Virus record (IMG/VR): IMGVR_UViG_2791355221_000004
Span: 1 to 64,000 of that record
DNA from: a virus
Lineage: Duplodnaviria; Caudoviricetes
Length of the DNA: 64,000 nucleotides
Reading direction: 5' to 3' (one strand)
The notes under the pieces are model-generated. The model did no database searches. It was not told where the DNA came from and saw nothing but the letters and a program-made list of their open reading frames with translations. Below, piece after piece: positions 38,256 to 48,676 of the stretch (position 1 is its first letter; each line of letters starts with the position of its first letter). A program made the position numbers and the translations under genes.

Positions 38256-38570
38256 AGTAAAAATAATACATATAAACAAAGTGTGGTTACTAGATGAATA
38301 GGCAAAGTAACCACACTCATTTTTAATGAAATCGAGGTGACTATATATTTATTGTGTTATACAAAAAGTTGTCAATAAAAAAGTCAAGTATCAAGGCCAG
38401 TCGAAGCAAAGTGATGATGGGGAAATGATGAAACTCATTAACAGGTTAAAAGAGGAATGGAAAATAGAAGCTTCCAAAACTAGCATAAGTTAAAGAAGAA
38501 GGCACAAAATGTTGATCCATATAGTGGAAAGTGTTTTAATATATATACAACAACTAAAGGAGCGACAAAG

Positions 38571-39164
38571 ATGACAATAAACCAAGAAGATGAAAGTAAA
38601 AGTGAAAAAGAATCGTTGCGTAAATACATTCTTAACATGGAAGTTGAAAAAGTCGAGTTCAAAAAAGCAGTAGTGGATTACATTGGTGTTTGGTACGAAA
38701 AGAACGCAAGAAAGTTGATTACCGATAATGAAGAAACGCTCAAATTACTAGATACTGCTATATTAAAAGCATTTAAAGAAGATGTACGCAAGCTAATTGA
38801 AAATGCTAGTGAGTATGTAGAGAAATATTTTGATGATGAAAAATTGTGGTGGCACACTAACGGACATAGAGCTTTAGTTTTTAATAATTCGGAATTACCA
38901 AGTGAAATCAATATAAGCTTAAAAGCGTTAGCTGGTGAATTGGGAAGTGTGTTGGATAGACATGAATTAATACTAATTAGTGGATCTAGTGCAATTTCAA
39001 GGATGGAAAATATTGAACAGTTGATTCAATCCTATGAAAAGTATGATACGTTGACTCTTCGAGCAGAACTATTGAAAGATATTATTAATAGTAAAGAAAA
39101 GAAAATTAAGGACAATTCTAAGGTTGAGGATAACTCTATAGGCGATTTGTGGGATTCATTGTAA
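38571..39164 (+). CDS. Hypothetical protein
   Basis: AAGGAG SD; own terminator. Confidence 0.7.
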   Translation: MTINQEDESKSEKESLRKYILNMEVEKVEFKKAVVDYIGVWYEKNARKLITDNEETLKLLDTAILKAFKEDVRKLIENASEYVEKYFDDEKLWWHTNGHRALVFNNSELPSEINISLKALAGELGSVLDRHELILISGSSAISRMENIEQLIQSYEKYDTLTLRAELLKDIINSKEKKIKDNSKVEDNSIGDLWDSL

Positions 39165-39558
39165 GCCATTATACATTTTAAATAATTTCCCTGACATTTG
39201 TAGTGTCAGGGTTTTTAGTGTTTACTTTTGCTATGTGATTTCTATTGTTATCAATTGGCTAATCTTTAGAGTTTGACATATAATGGGAAATTGTATTCAC
39301 TAAAGGGTATCCATCAAAATCATTTTCCTACATGATGAACAACTGATGAAAGAACAATTTTAATGCGAGTTATATAGATAAATTATTTTAAAGTAAAAAA
39401 TTAATTTAGGGTTTAAGGAGCCTATTAAGGGTTCTATTTTATTCAACTTTATCAAGAACTCTAGTTTTTGAGATACCAAATATTAGAATATTAATATTAC
39501 TAGAAACTAACAAAAATATATTGTCAATATTCCTATGTTTTCCATTACATAGTATAAT

Positions 39559-40653
39559 ATGACTATAAAATTTAAGGGGAACTCTACTATGAGGAAAAAA
39601 CTACAAGTATTCATCTCTTCGACTTTTACAGATTTGAGAGATGAAAGACAAGTTGCTGTAAAATCTGTCTTAAACACTGGACATATTCCTGCTGGTATGG
39701 AGTTGTTTACAGCTGGAGATGAATCACAAAAGGAAATAATTAAGAGATGGATAGATGAGTCAGACGTCTACGTATTAATTTTAGGTGGTCGTTATGGATC
39801 AATAGACAAAGATACAGGTAAAAGTTACACACATTGGGAATATGACTATGCAGGTGAAATAAGTAAACCACGATTCGCTATTGTTTTGAGCGATTCCGCG
39901 ATACAAAACAAAATAGTTAAAATTGGATATAAAGATGCTACAGAACAAAATAATCCACAATTACTTAAGAATTTTAGAGAAGATTTACTAGGAACAAAAC
40001 TAATTAGTCCTGTGGATGACGATAAAGATATAGAGATTAGTATCTTCAAATCATTGAGGGAGATTGAAAATAGAAATGATTTATCGGGTTGGGTATCTGG
40101 CAAGGATGTTCCAGATGTGAACGGATTATTGAATGAAAATGCGAGACTATTGAAGGAAAACGCAAAGTACTTACTTGAGATTGATAAGTTAAAGGTTAAA
40201 TCATCGAAAACTGATTTAATAAATGGGTACGAATATGATGAATTAATTAAAATATTAACAGATACAAAAATTGTTTTGCCTAAAGAAGTTGATCCTGATA
40301 CAAAAGAGATTAGTTATTTGCAATTATTCAAGTCTGTCAAAAATCATTATGCTGTAGGAATCAGTAATGCTTATGGTATGAATGAAAGTGCAAAGTTATT
40401 ATTTTTTAAAGTAGCTCCCACATTAATGATCTATGGTTTAGTTGATAAAGTAAAATCAGGAAAATTAGAAAAAATCCAAACGTCTAAGGAAGGATTTAAA
40501 TTTCTAGCGAGGTTAGAATTAGATGGGATTCAAGATGATAAAGAAGAAGTCGACAACAAAGGTAACGTTACCAAGGCAAAACCAACTATAGAGAAAGAAA
40601 CAGCTACAAAAAGAAAACTAAAGGAAAAAGAGCAATCAGCAAATTTACGATAA
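39559..40653 (+). CDS. DUF4062 (TIR-like/SLOG-related) domain protein
   Basis: QVFISSTFTDL..ER, GMELF, GGRYGS and SYTHWEY motifs. Confidence 0.85.
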   Translation: MTIKFKGNSTMRKKLQVFISSTFTDLRDERQVAVKSVLNTGHIPAGMELFTAGDESQKEIIKRWIDESDVYVLILGGRYGSIDKDTGKSYTHWEYDYAGEISKPRFAIVLSDSAIQNKIVKIGYKDATEQNNPQLLKNFREDLLGTKLISPVDDDKDIEISIFKSLREIENRNDLSGWVSGKDVPDVNGLLNENARLLKENAKYLLEIDKLKVKSSKTDLINGYEYDELIKILTDTKIVLPKEVDPDTKEISYLQLFKSVKNHYAVGISNAYGMNESAKLLFFKVAPTLMIYGLVDKVKSGKLEKIQTSKEGFKFLARLELDGIQDDKEEVDNKGNVTKAKPTIEKETATKRKLKEKEQSANLR

Positions 40654-40849
40654 TTTGTAGTATTGTAGTTGATTACTTATTAATCCGTAAAAAAGAACCT
40701 TCAAAAACACTGTAAAAGTGGAGTTGTCGGTTCTTTTTTTTCAAACTTTTATGTAACAGGAAGTATTGAGTAGGCAAAAATAAAACATGAAGATGATAAA
40801 GCAAAATAAAAACCTCACTTTTATTAGGTGACATAAAGGAGATTAGTTA

Positions 40850-41023
40850 ATGCTAAAACTAAACGATTTTATTTTATTGAAGTCCATATATAGCGAGGAT
40901 CTTCACAATGCCATTCTAAAGCATGATTCCGCGGCAATGAATACAATTGTACAAAGAGACTATTCAGAGGAGCTAGAGGACGGTTATGTAAGCTTAGAGG
41001 TCATTTATACTAAAAATAATTAA
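40850..41023 (+). CDS. 57-aa hypothetical protein (not in ORF track)
   Basis: AAAGGAG SD. Confidence 0.45.
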   Translation: MLKLNDFILLKSIYSEDLHNAILKHDSAAMNTIVQRDYSEELEDGYVSLEVIYTKNN

Positions 41024-41148
41024 ATCAACATTTTAGATAAGGAGAAACAATGAAATTGACAAGTATATATAGAAAAAATAAAAAGTAAAGTAATAGTTGA
41101 CTTAATGTATATATCAATGTATTATGGTATTAAGCGTTAGACAAGGGG

Positions 41149-41430
41149 GTGCAAGCATTGAATCAAGATGACGCTATCTTAAAGGTAATAAAGAAATTGT
41201 CTGATCTAGGTTCATACATACTTACAAATCATGCAACTGATCAGAGAATAGTAAGAGGTATGAGCATACAAGATGTTGAAGATGTACTTTGTAACCCTAC
41301 TAAAATTATTAGAACCGATGTCATCAACTCAATATCAACGTATAAAATTGAGGGTGGTTTTAAAAAGCAACGGTTAGCTGTAGAAATTTCAGGCCAAAAT
41401 GTAGTTATAGTGATAACGGCTATGGATTAA
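41149..41430 (+). CDS. DUF4258-like putative RNase toxin
   Basis: TNHA...RGM...DVEDVL and VVIVITA motifs. Confidence 0.7.
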   Translation: MQALNQDDAILKVIKKLSDLGSYILTNHATDQRIVRGMSIQDVEDVLCNPTKIIRTDVINSISTYKIEGGFKKQRLAVEISGQNVVIVITAMD

Positions 41431-41458
41431 TAATCCTAGCCTTATCTTCATAATATAT

Positions 41459-41567
41459 ATACAGATTAAACACTAGAGAATGCGGAGAATATACAGTTTT
41501 AACACTGGAGTTTATCAGATGTAGTACTGGAGAATATTAGATTTAACCTAGAGAATATCAGAGTTTT
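41459..41567 (+). repeat. Imperfect 21-23 bp tandem repeats, about 4.5 units
   Basis: Units resembling AT(A)CAGATTTAACACT(A/G)GAGAAT. Confidence 0.6.
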
Positions 41568-41594
41568 CTATTATGTATAAGGGAGTGTAAAAGT

Positions 41595-42023
41595 ATGTTG
41601 AATTTTAATTGCGTTAATTGCAGGAAGGACGTGTTTGTTGAAAAATTTATTTCGAAGGAATATGAAGTTGATGGGAAAAAGTTGGTGATTAGTGGGATTC
41701 CAGTAATCCAATGCTCCAATTGTAATGAATCATATTTTGACAAGAAAGCATCAGAATATATTGATAATCAAATTAAAATTTTTAAATCAGAGGGACTCGA
41801 AAATAGAACACGCGAACTAGCGAAGGCTAAAGGATTGACTCAGGAGCAGATTGGAAACCATTTAGAACTTAGCAAACAAAGGATTAGTCAAATTTTTAGC
41901 TCTGAGAGTATTGATATTAAAATTGCTTATAAATTGTCTAATATAATGAAAGAACCAATTCAGGAAATATTCAAACTTCACAACATAATCCAAAGAGAAG
42001 ACAAATATTATATTGAAAATTGA
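41595..42023 (+). CDS. MqsA/YgiT-type Zn-finger plus HTH antitoxin
   Basis: CVNC...CSNCNESY plus LTQEQIG HTH. Confidence 0.8.
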   Translation: MLNFNCVNCRKDVFVEKFISKEYEVDGKKLVISGIPVIQCSNCNESYFDKKASEYIDNQIKIFKSEGLENRTRELAKAKGLTQEQIGNHLELSKQRISQIFSSESIDIKIAYKLSNIMKEPIQEIFKLHNIIQREDKYYIEN

Positions 42024-42123
42024 CTGAAAATAATTATATAGATGCCAAAAGCCCATATAAGGTTATGGGCATTGGCATTTTTGTGTTTTAGTACAATGTA
42101 GATTTTTTAGTGAGTGCTTATAT

Positions 42124-42486
42124 TTAGATTGGACGTTTTGGTGGTAATTGAACAACTAACTTATAGGACTTACCGAAATAGTTACCTTCTAAATGCAAAA
42201 TGTCCTCATTCTCGAAATATGAAAATGATACAGGATATCTATTGCTTGAATTTGGATAATGTTCTTGGAATTCAGCAGGAATAACACCATCTTCGTCCCA
42301 TACAAAGTAAATACGACTATAGTTAGTTTCTACACTTGCATACACTTGGTAATAATTGTTGATTGTTTCTTTACCATTAACTCTAGCAATCACATGAACC
42401 TTATCTCCTGAAAGTGGTTCGTCCCTGTAATTTATAACTACTTGGCGAAGATCGTCTTTATAATCATTCATAGTAATTCTCCTCAT
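42124..42486 (-). CDS. Hypothetical protein
   Basis: ORF with GAGGAG SD; start may be the second Met. Confidence 0.6.
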   Translation of the reverse strand: MRRITMNDYKDDLRQVVINYRDEPLSGDKVHVIARVNGKETINNYYQVYASVETNYSRIYFVWDEDGVIPAEFQEHYPNSSNRYPVSFSYFENEDILHLEGNYFGKSYKLVVQLPPKRPI

Positions 42487-42543
42487 TGTTGTAATATGGA
42501 AACTACGAATATATTAACATTTTTGTATTATCATTGCATACCA

Positions 42544-42720
42544 TTATTTAGGCTTAGAATTGATTACATTCAATACACTAAACACTATCGTCACACAAAT
42601 AAGCGTGTATATGACTATCTTTATGTACATTGGTAGTTGATTGAATGTACCTGTGAATAGTGACGTTAGTGAACCCAGTATAAGTAGTATTGCGATTACA
42701 ATCGCGTTGTTTTTAGTCAA
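42544..42720 (-). CDS. Small two-TM membrane protein
   Basis: AAGGAGG SD before TTG 42720. Confidence 0.6.
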   Translation of the reverse strand: MTKNNAIVIAILLILGSLTSLFTGTFNQLPMYIKIVIYTLICVTIVFSVLNVINSKPK

Positions 42721-42799
42721 TGTGATATTCCTCCTTTTTCTTGGATATGATATAATAAAGGAACTAAAGGAAGGCTCCAACCTTCCCTTAGTTGCTTGT

Positions 42800-42994
42800 C
42801 TAGCGTTTGCGGTGCTTTCTACTTCTTGGCGGGAGTGAAGCATCGCTTTTTACTATGTCCTGCTTTCTTTCGTCTGCTTCGCGTTCATTTCGTCTATCTC
42901 GCCTATTTGCGAAGTAGAGGAAGATGGAAACCGATGCCCCGATTAAAGCAGGTGCTAGGGCTTTAATGACGTCTAACCATATCATTGGCGTCAT
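42800..42994 (-). CDS. Small one-TM protein with basic tail
   Basis: Hydrophobic N-terminus, charged C-terminus. Confidence 0.55.
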   Translation of the reverse strand: MTPMIWLDVIKALAPALIGASVSIFLYFANRRDRRNEREADERKQDIVKSDASLPPRSRKHRKR

Positions 42995-43099
42995 TCCCTT
43001 CTATGTATTTGTGTTTCTTTGGTACTTCTTTATTATAAGTTATTTTTAGTTTAAAGTCAAATGTTATTTTTATTTTATAGAATGAGGCTCGTAACGGCG

Positions 43100-43980
43100 T
43101 TTCAGGCGTATTATGTGCTAATGAAAGTGTAGGTGAGGTTATGTGGTGTAACGTTGTATTTAGGGCTTCCTGAGGCGTTAGGATGGATGATAGTGGGTTA
43201 GGGAAAGGTGAGTGAGTGAATAGTGGAATGGATCATGTTAGGTGAATAGTATAGTGAGAATGGTAGATGGCATGTTGATAGGTGATAGTTATTGGATGGA
43301 TTATGGTGATAGGTAATGGCTATAACGTAGAGAGTGGATAATTATATAGTTAACATGTAAGTTAATGTAATATGAGTGTGATGATATATTAACATCAAAC
43401 TAATACCAATAGTTTATCAATTGAACTAAGTCGTTATTGTTATTAACAGAATGGGAACTGGGGCGTTTAGTGTCCCTATGCTAGTATTATACATATCCCT
43501 TTATACATAAACCTTTTTAATCGTCACATCCTTGTTAAACAAGCTATTATCAATGAGTATTCATGTAAGTTACTTACTATTATATATCCTGATAATATAT
43601 AGATATCGGGATCTATCCTTTATATATAAGCCTTTTCATAGGTGGGGGGATGGTTCACACCTTACAAAAAGTAAGTGAGACAGTGAGGGGCTGCAACTGA
43701 TTATCCCACAGCATCTTCCCAATTTTCCACTTTTACTTTCATCTTCAGCTCCTCAATTTAACTCCTAATCCATGCCCATATTCCATAAATTTTAATCATG
43801 TTCCCACTCATAAAACTATTATATTTTTCTTTATTTATATACTATTTTCCATACCTACTTTTTCGGCTAAAATTTATTTTTTCAACATATTCCCCTACAT
43901 TATCCCCCTCAAACCTTGATACATAAGGCTTTCTATGATTAAACTCTCCTTTATCCCTAACATACGACACTATAAAACTC
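43100..43980. other. Long non-coding region with opposed strand skew (candidate origin)
   Basis: G-rich/C-poor at about 43120-43385, C-rich/G-poor at about 43700-43980; no ORF; near a primase-like gene. Confidence 0.4.
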
Positions 43981-44017
43981 ATTTTTTTGTTTTACATAGG
44001 CATAAAATGGATCTATT

Positions 44018-44353
44018 GTGGCTATCATTAATTATACGGACATACAAACTATATTAAATTGTCCGATAGAAAGAGAGGGTCATCATATGTTCATTAAATT
44101 ATCCCAAAAGCACAAAGTAGGTAGAACCTTCGTTATCGTGTCGTTAAACTCATCCGATTTAGTAGATATAGGTTACGTTGCTAAGCTCCAGAAAGAGATG
44201 GAGAAGTACTTCGGCTTTCCAGTTTACTTCTACAACGTCGAGAATAAACAGTGTCTTGGTGAGTCAGAAGATGTAATAAGCTGGATTCAAAGTAACGTAG
44301 AAACAGTAAGTTGGGAACACTGGGCAATCAAGGAGGAAGCAGCCGTAGTATAG
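44018..44353 (+). CDS. Hypothetical protein
   Basis: ORF followed by a terminator; start may be downstream. Confidence 0.55.
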   Translation: MAIINYTDIQTILNCPIEREGHHMFIKLSQKHKVGRTFVIVSLNSSDLVDIGYVAKLQKEMEKYFGFPVYFYNVENKQCLGESEDVISWIQSNVETVSWEHWAIKEEAAVV

Positions 44354-44411
44354 GCTGTTTTTTCTTTTCTTTATTATAAACTAAAAATAATATTTACATA
44401 ATAAATTATAT

Positions 44412-46424
44412 GTGTTACATTTTTATTGGAGGGAGGAAATTGGAAGAATTTATAACTACATAAGGGAGATGATTCGCTGTTTGAAATTATTATTAGATAC
44501 ATATCCGTTTAGCAAGAAGCCAACAGGAAGTGAAATACCTGTGCTATCCAATAGAATTAGCAAATATCCAGTAGATATTACGGCTGCAGAACTTGCACAA
44601 GAAATAGTTAAAGGGAAGACATTCGTTCCAGTAACGCTAACTGAAGTTGGAGAAAAAAAGAGAGCTCAATTAAATTGGAAGTCGCAAGAAATAATTTGTT
44701 TAGATTTTGACAATGAAAAGAGTATTCCTGATCCTGATAATCCCAAAAAGAAAATCAAAGTTAAAGATATCAAGATGACATTAGCGGCCGCGTTAGAGGA
44801 GTTTAAGGATACTGCAATGTTCATTTACACATCATTCAGCCACAAACCAGATCATCCAAAGTTTCGTGTTGTATTTGCATTAGAAAAAGTCTGTTATTCA
44901 TCTAACGATATCATATCAACATACAATTATTTTGAATCGAAGTATCCTTACATAGATACAAATTGCTCTGAGGTTGCACGAATGTTCTATGGTGGCAAAG
45001 AGCTTTTCGAATTAAATTACTCTAATCGAATACCCATTGTTATAGCCTCGTCCATCAATAAGAGTAAAAATAATGGTGGTGGTTTATGTGACTTTGATAG
45101 CATTAGGGTATTATCTAATGAATATAATAGTCACCAAAACCCCCCATCTAAAGTTATCATCAATAGTAATACTCAGCTCAATATCCAACAAGACAATATG
45201 CTGGAGTACATTAAGTCTAAGAATATAGATAGGCTACATACAATACTTAATCCTAATGCTGTAGACTTCTATACATATAGTGAAACAGTCGAACATATCA
45301 AAAGCCAAGACTTAAGACTATTCTTAGGAATCAATGCCCCAACCTTCAGATGTATATTTCATGACGACAATTCACCAAGCGCAAGCATATTCAAGAGCGA
45401 TAAATCAAATGACATTCTATACTGCTGCAACAGTTCCAATTGTAAGTTTGGTACTGGAAATGTAATCAAATGTGTTGAGTGGCTGCTAAAATGCAATAGA
45501 CTTCAAGCTTTACGTTTTCTCAGACAGGTCTATAAAATTGGATTTCATCAAACAGAATGGCAAAAGGAACAAATCGAGTTTTTAGATGAGAATATTCGCT
45601 ATGTTCAAAGTGAAGAATTTTCGTATTCACAACCAATTCAATACAAGTTGATCAAAAACTACATAGGTGATTTAGTAAATTTTTGGAGCATTGCAAAGGA
45701 CTACCTCCCACCTGAACACTATTCTTCAGAGCAGTCAGAAGTATTGTTTTATGCAAGCATAGGTCATTTTAACAAAGTCTACGGTAAGAACAAAAGTGTA
45801 AAGAGACTCGGAGATAGGTTATCGCTATTCACATATTTGAAGTACATTAAAAAATTAAAGGAATCTGAGATCCCAGATAGAATGTTGAAGGAATCAAAAA
45901 AATACATAATCAAGAATAAAGCATTAAACAATCAGGACTCATATAATTTAATTCAACATTATGTTGCATACCCACTTACTCAAGATGTATTAGTTGATGC
46001 TGAAGACAAAGCTCTAGAATATAGAAATAGTGAGTTCACAATGAAAGCATGGTCGTGGGAGACAATAGCAAGAACACTTAATGAAGAAGAAGCAAATCGA
46101 GTGTTTCCTCAGATGGGGGGAAAGAAAACTAAGATTAGAGAAAAAAGCCATAAGATGACTACAGAAATTGAGATAGTTGGTATGAAATTGATCAGTGAGA
46201 ATGGCTGGACGACAGAGAAAGAGATTTTGGAGAATGTTGACTTGACTATTATTACATCCAAGACAGGCAAAGAGAGACAGATGAAGAAGATTATCTTTGA
46301 GTTTATGCAAAAGTATGGGTTAATCAAATTTCAACTTAACAAGAAGCTATCCGCGGAACTAGGCATTCCACCAACAGTTACAGAAAATGGAGTAGGCTAT
46401 CCAAGAATTATCTATAAAAAATGA
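44412..46424 (+). CDS. Primase-like replication protein (AEP/PrimPol-like plus CHC2-type Zn finger)
   Basis: CLDFD, YTSFSH..DHPKFRVV and CIFHDD.SPS...C..C motifs; likely start TTG 44481. Confidence 0.7.
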   Translation: MLHFYWREEIGRIYNYIREMIRCLKLLLDTYPFSKKPTGSEIPVLSNRISKYPVDITAAELAQEIVKGKTFVPVTLTEVGEKKRAQLNWKSQEIICLDFDNEKSIPDPDNPKKKIKVKDIKMTLAAALEEFKDTAMFIYTSFSHKPDHPKFRVVFALEKVCYSSNDIISTYNYFESKYPYIDTNCSEVARMFYGGKELFELNYSNRIPIVIASSINKSKNNGGGLCDFDSIRVLSNEYNSHQNPPSKVIINSNTQLNIQQDNMLEYIKSKNIDRLHTILNPNAVDFYTYSETVEHIKSQDLRLFLGINAPTFRCIFHDDNSPSASIFKSDKSNDILYCCNSSNCKFGTGNVIKCVEWLLKCNRLQALRFLRQVYKIGFHQTEWQKEQIEFLDENIRYVQSEEFSYSQPIQYKLIKNYIGDLVNFWSIAKDYLPPEHYSSEQSEVLFYASIGHFNKVYGKNKSVKRLGDRLSLFTYLKYIKKLKESEIPDRMLKESKKYIIKNKALNNQDSYNLIQHYVAYPLTQDVLVDAEDKALEYRNSEFTMKAWSWETIARTLNEEEANRVFPQMGGKKTKIREKSHKMTTEIEIVGMKLISENGWTTEKEILENVDLTIITSKTGKERQMKKIIFEFMQKYGLIKFQLNKKLSAELGIPPTVTENGVGYPRIIYKK

Positions 46425-46556
46425 TTTATATAAAATAAAAATAACTGTTTACATAAAATAAAAGTCGTGTTACATTGTTAATGGGAGGTGTTGAAAATGG
46501 TTTAAAGGCATTTAATTAAAAGTAAAAATAATATTATAAATAAAAAAGGAGTAATT

Positions 46557-47732
46557 ATGGGAATGATTCAAATTGAAAAACTAAATCCACATCCAAAGAA
46601 TGAATACTATTTTACTGATGTTGTCGGTGATAAGTATGAAGAAATCAAACGCAGCATCAATACATATGGTATACGCGATCCTCTAAAGGTTACGACAGCT
46701 TATACAATTATCAGTGGTCACCAACGATATAGGATTGCACGAGATTTAGGATTGTCAGAAGTCCCAGTTGAGATTGTTGATGTCGATGAGTGGAAAGCCG
46801 AGTACATGTTAATTGCTGAGAATACTGAACGCCGCGGAGAAGCCGAAGGAGATCCAATAAAAAAGGCTAGAATTATTCAGTTTTTAAAAGATTATTGGAA
46901 CATAAAAAAGGGAAGTCGTAGTGACCTTGGACCAAAAGTCCGAAGTTCAAAAGAAATGGCAGATTATATTGGGGAAGACGAACGAACGACACGCAGACTT
47001 GCCAAATTAAATGAACTTATTCCACAACTTCAATCACTTGTATCGTCTGGAAAGTTTAGTGTGAGAGCAGCAGAGCAACTAGCATATCTAACAGAAGAAG
47101 AGCAAGAAGTTTTATTTGAAGAGAGAGGAGAAGCAATTAGTGAAATGACACTTGACGAATCCAAAAAGCTTAGAAAGGAAAATGAACAATTAAAAAAACA
47201 ACTTCTAAATAGTAAGGATACGGAAACTAAAATAGCGAATGCACTTGAAGATAAAAGAACGCTAGAATTGGAGTTAATCAATTTAAAAAATGAAAAGACT
47301 AAGACTGAGTTTATCACTAACAATATAATGGTGGATAAGCCTGAAACTCTTGATAAAATTACTAGATTAGAAGAGCAAATTAAGGAAAAGGAGGGGTATG
47401 TTGAAAAGTATCGTAAATCACTAAAAGAATTAAATGAGAAAAATGCAATCATTAATAAGTTCATGGGTGAAAACACTAATTTTCAACTCGTATCAAAAGC
47501 AAGCGAAGTAACTTTAAAAATGCTTGATTTTACCAAAGAAATGAGTAGATATGATTATCTTTCTGAGGTTTTTAATGAAATTCCCGATGCTACAAGAAAA
47601 GAATATGTGAGAAGTATTTATGGTGTATATAAATGGGCTAGGAATATTCTTCAAGAAGTGAAACATGATGATGTAATTGGAGTTAATAAAAATATTATTG
47701 ATGTTAAAAAAACAAACGTGGAGGTTATTTAA
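46557..47732 (+). CDS. ParB/Srx N-terminal domain protein
   Basis: L.PHPKN, GIRDPL, ISGHQRYR and ENTERR motifs. Confidence 0.85.
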   Translation: MGMIQIEKLNPHPKNEYYFTDVVGDKYEEIKRSINTYGIRDPLKVTTAYTIISGHQRYRIARDLGLSEVPVEIVDVDEWKAEYMLIAENTERRGEAEGDPIKKARIIQFLKDYWNIKKGSRSDLGPKVRSSKEMADYIGEDERTTRRLAKLNELIPQLQSLVSSGKFSVRAAEQLAYLTEEEQEVLFEERGEAISEMTLDESKKLRKENEQLKKQLLNSKDTETKIANALEDKRTLELELINLKNEKTKTEFITNNIMVDKPETLDKITRLEEQIKEKEGYVEKYRKSLKELNEKNAIINKFMGENTNFQLVSKASEVTLKMLDFTKEMSRYDYLSEVFNEIPDATRKEYVRSIYGVYKWARNILQEVKHDDVIGVNKNIIDVKKTNVEVI

Positions 47733-47735
47733 TAT

Positions 47736-48344
47736 ATGACAAATTCATTAGAAGTAAAAGTTAATAAAATGGAAAGAATTCTTGAAAAACTAGCTTTGGG
47801 GCAAAATAATACTTTCGAAATTATTAGTGAACTAACGAACACTGTCACTGATGAAATTAGAGAGCAAGTCAAACAAGTTGTAACAGCAAACTCGTTAGAA
47901 TTAAATCAAACTGTTCAGACTGTTAAAACTGAAATCAAAACAGATATTGAACGCATTGATGATAAAATTAGCAAAACACAGGAGATGGCTATCAGCACAG
48001 CTAGAGTTTCACAAACATCATCTAATTATGTCGATCAAGGTGAATTTGGAGACATGTTTAGAGTATCAATTAGTTCCAATAGAATCGGTAGATTGTTTAA
48101 AGCTGTGGGGTTAGCAAAAGCAAGCAAAAGAAAAACAACACCATATGATAAGTTTAAACCTAAATATGCTAAGACAGTTATTTTTGAGGAAAAACAATCT
48201 TATCAATGGCACTATAAAAATTGCATGGATTATATCGAAGATTGGTTAGAGAAAAAAGGACTTCTTGAAGAATTCTATACAATTGAAGTACGGGATGATA
48301 TGGAGGTATACATTGATCGACTGTATAATCAGCTTGACTCATAA
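47736..48344 (+). CDS. Coiled-coil, antirepressor-like protein
   Basis: Coiled coil plus possible C-terminal DNA-binding region. Confidence 0.5.
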   Translation: MTNSLEVKVNKMERILEKLALGQNNTFEIISELTNTVTDEIREQVKQVVTANSLELNQTVQTVKTEIKTDIERIDDKISKTQEMAISTARVSQTSSNYVDQGEFGDMFRVSISSNRIGRLFKAVGLAKASKRKTTPYDKFKPKYAKTVIFEEKQSYQWHYKNCMDYIEDWLEKKGLLEEFYTIEVRDDMEVYIDRLYNQLDS

Positions 48345-48376
48345 TAACAATAAATAAATATAAAATAAAAATAATA

Positions 48377-48652
48377 ATGAAATACATAACGATAATAGGC
48401 GGCCAGAAAAAGTGGTATAAGGCAGTAACAGACGATTTAAATCTTGAGTTAATACATGATGGAGGAGAGCATCCAAAACGCATATTGGGCAAACTCAAGC
48501 GTTCTAAGGCTATATTCTTGGTTCTTACAGCTACTTCACACAATGCGACTTATATGTGTGTGGAGTACGCCAAGGAGCTTGGTATTCCTTGCTTTAAATT
48601 AAAGGGATGTAAGTCACAATTGAGAGAGTTGATACTACAACTGGATCATTAG
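48377..48652 (+). CDS. DUF2325-like protein
   Basis: IIGG, HDG, TSHN and AKELGIP motifs. Confidence 0.65.
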   Translation: MKYITIIGGQKKWYKAVTDDLNLELIHDGGEHPKRILGKLKRSKAIFLVLTATSHNATYMCVEYAKELGIPCFKLKGCKSQLRELILQLDH

Positions 48653-48676
48653 TAAACGAATGGAGGAATTCTGAAT

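Noticed and set aside
39335-39360. Third hammerhead (CTGATGA)
   Set aside because: No stem II/GAAA/stem III architecture around it
41459-41567. CRISPR array
   Set aside because: Repeats are degenerate and abut with no unique spacers; no cas genes
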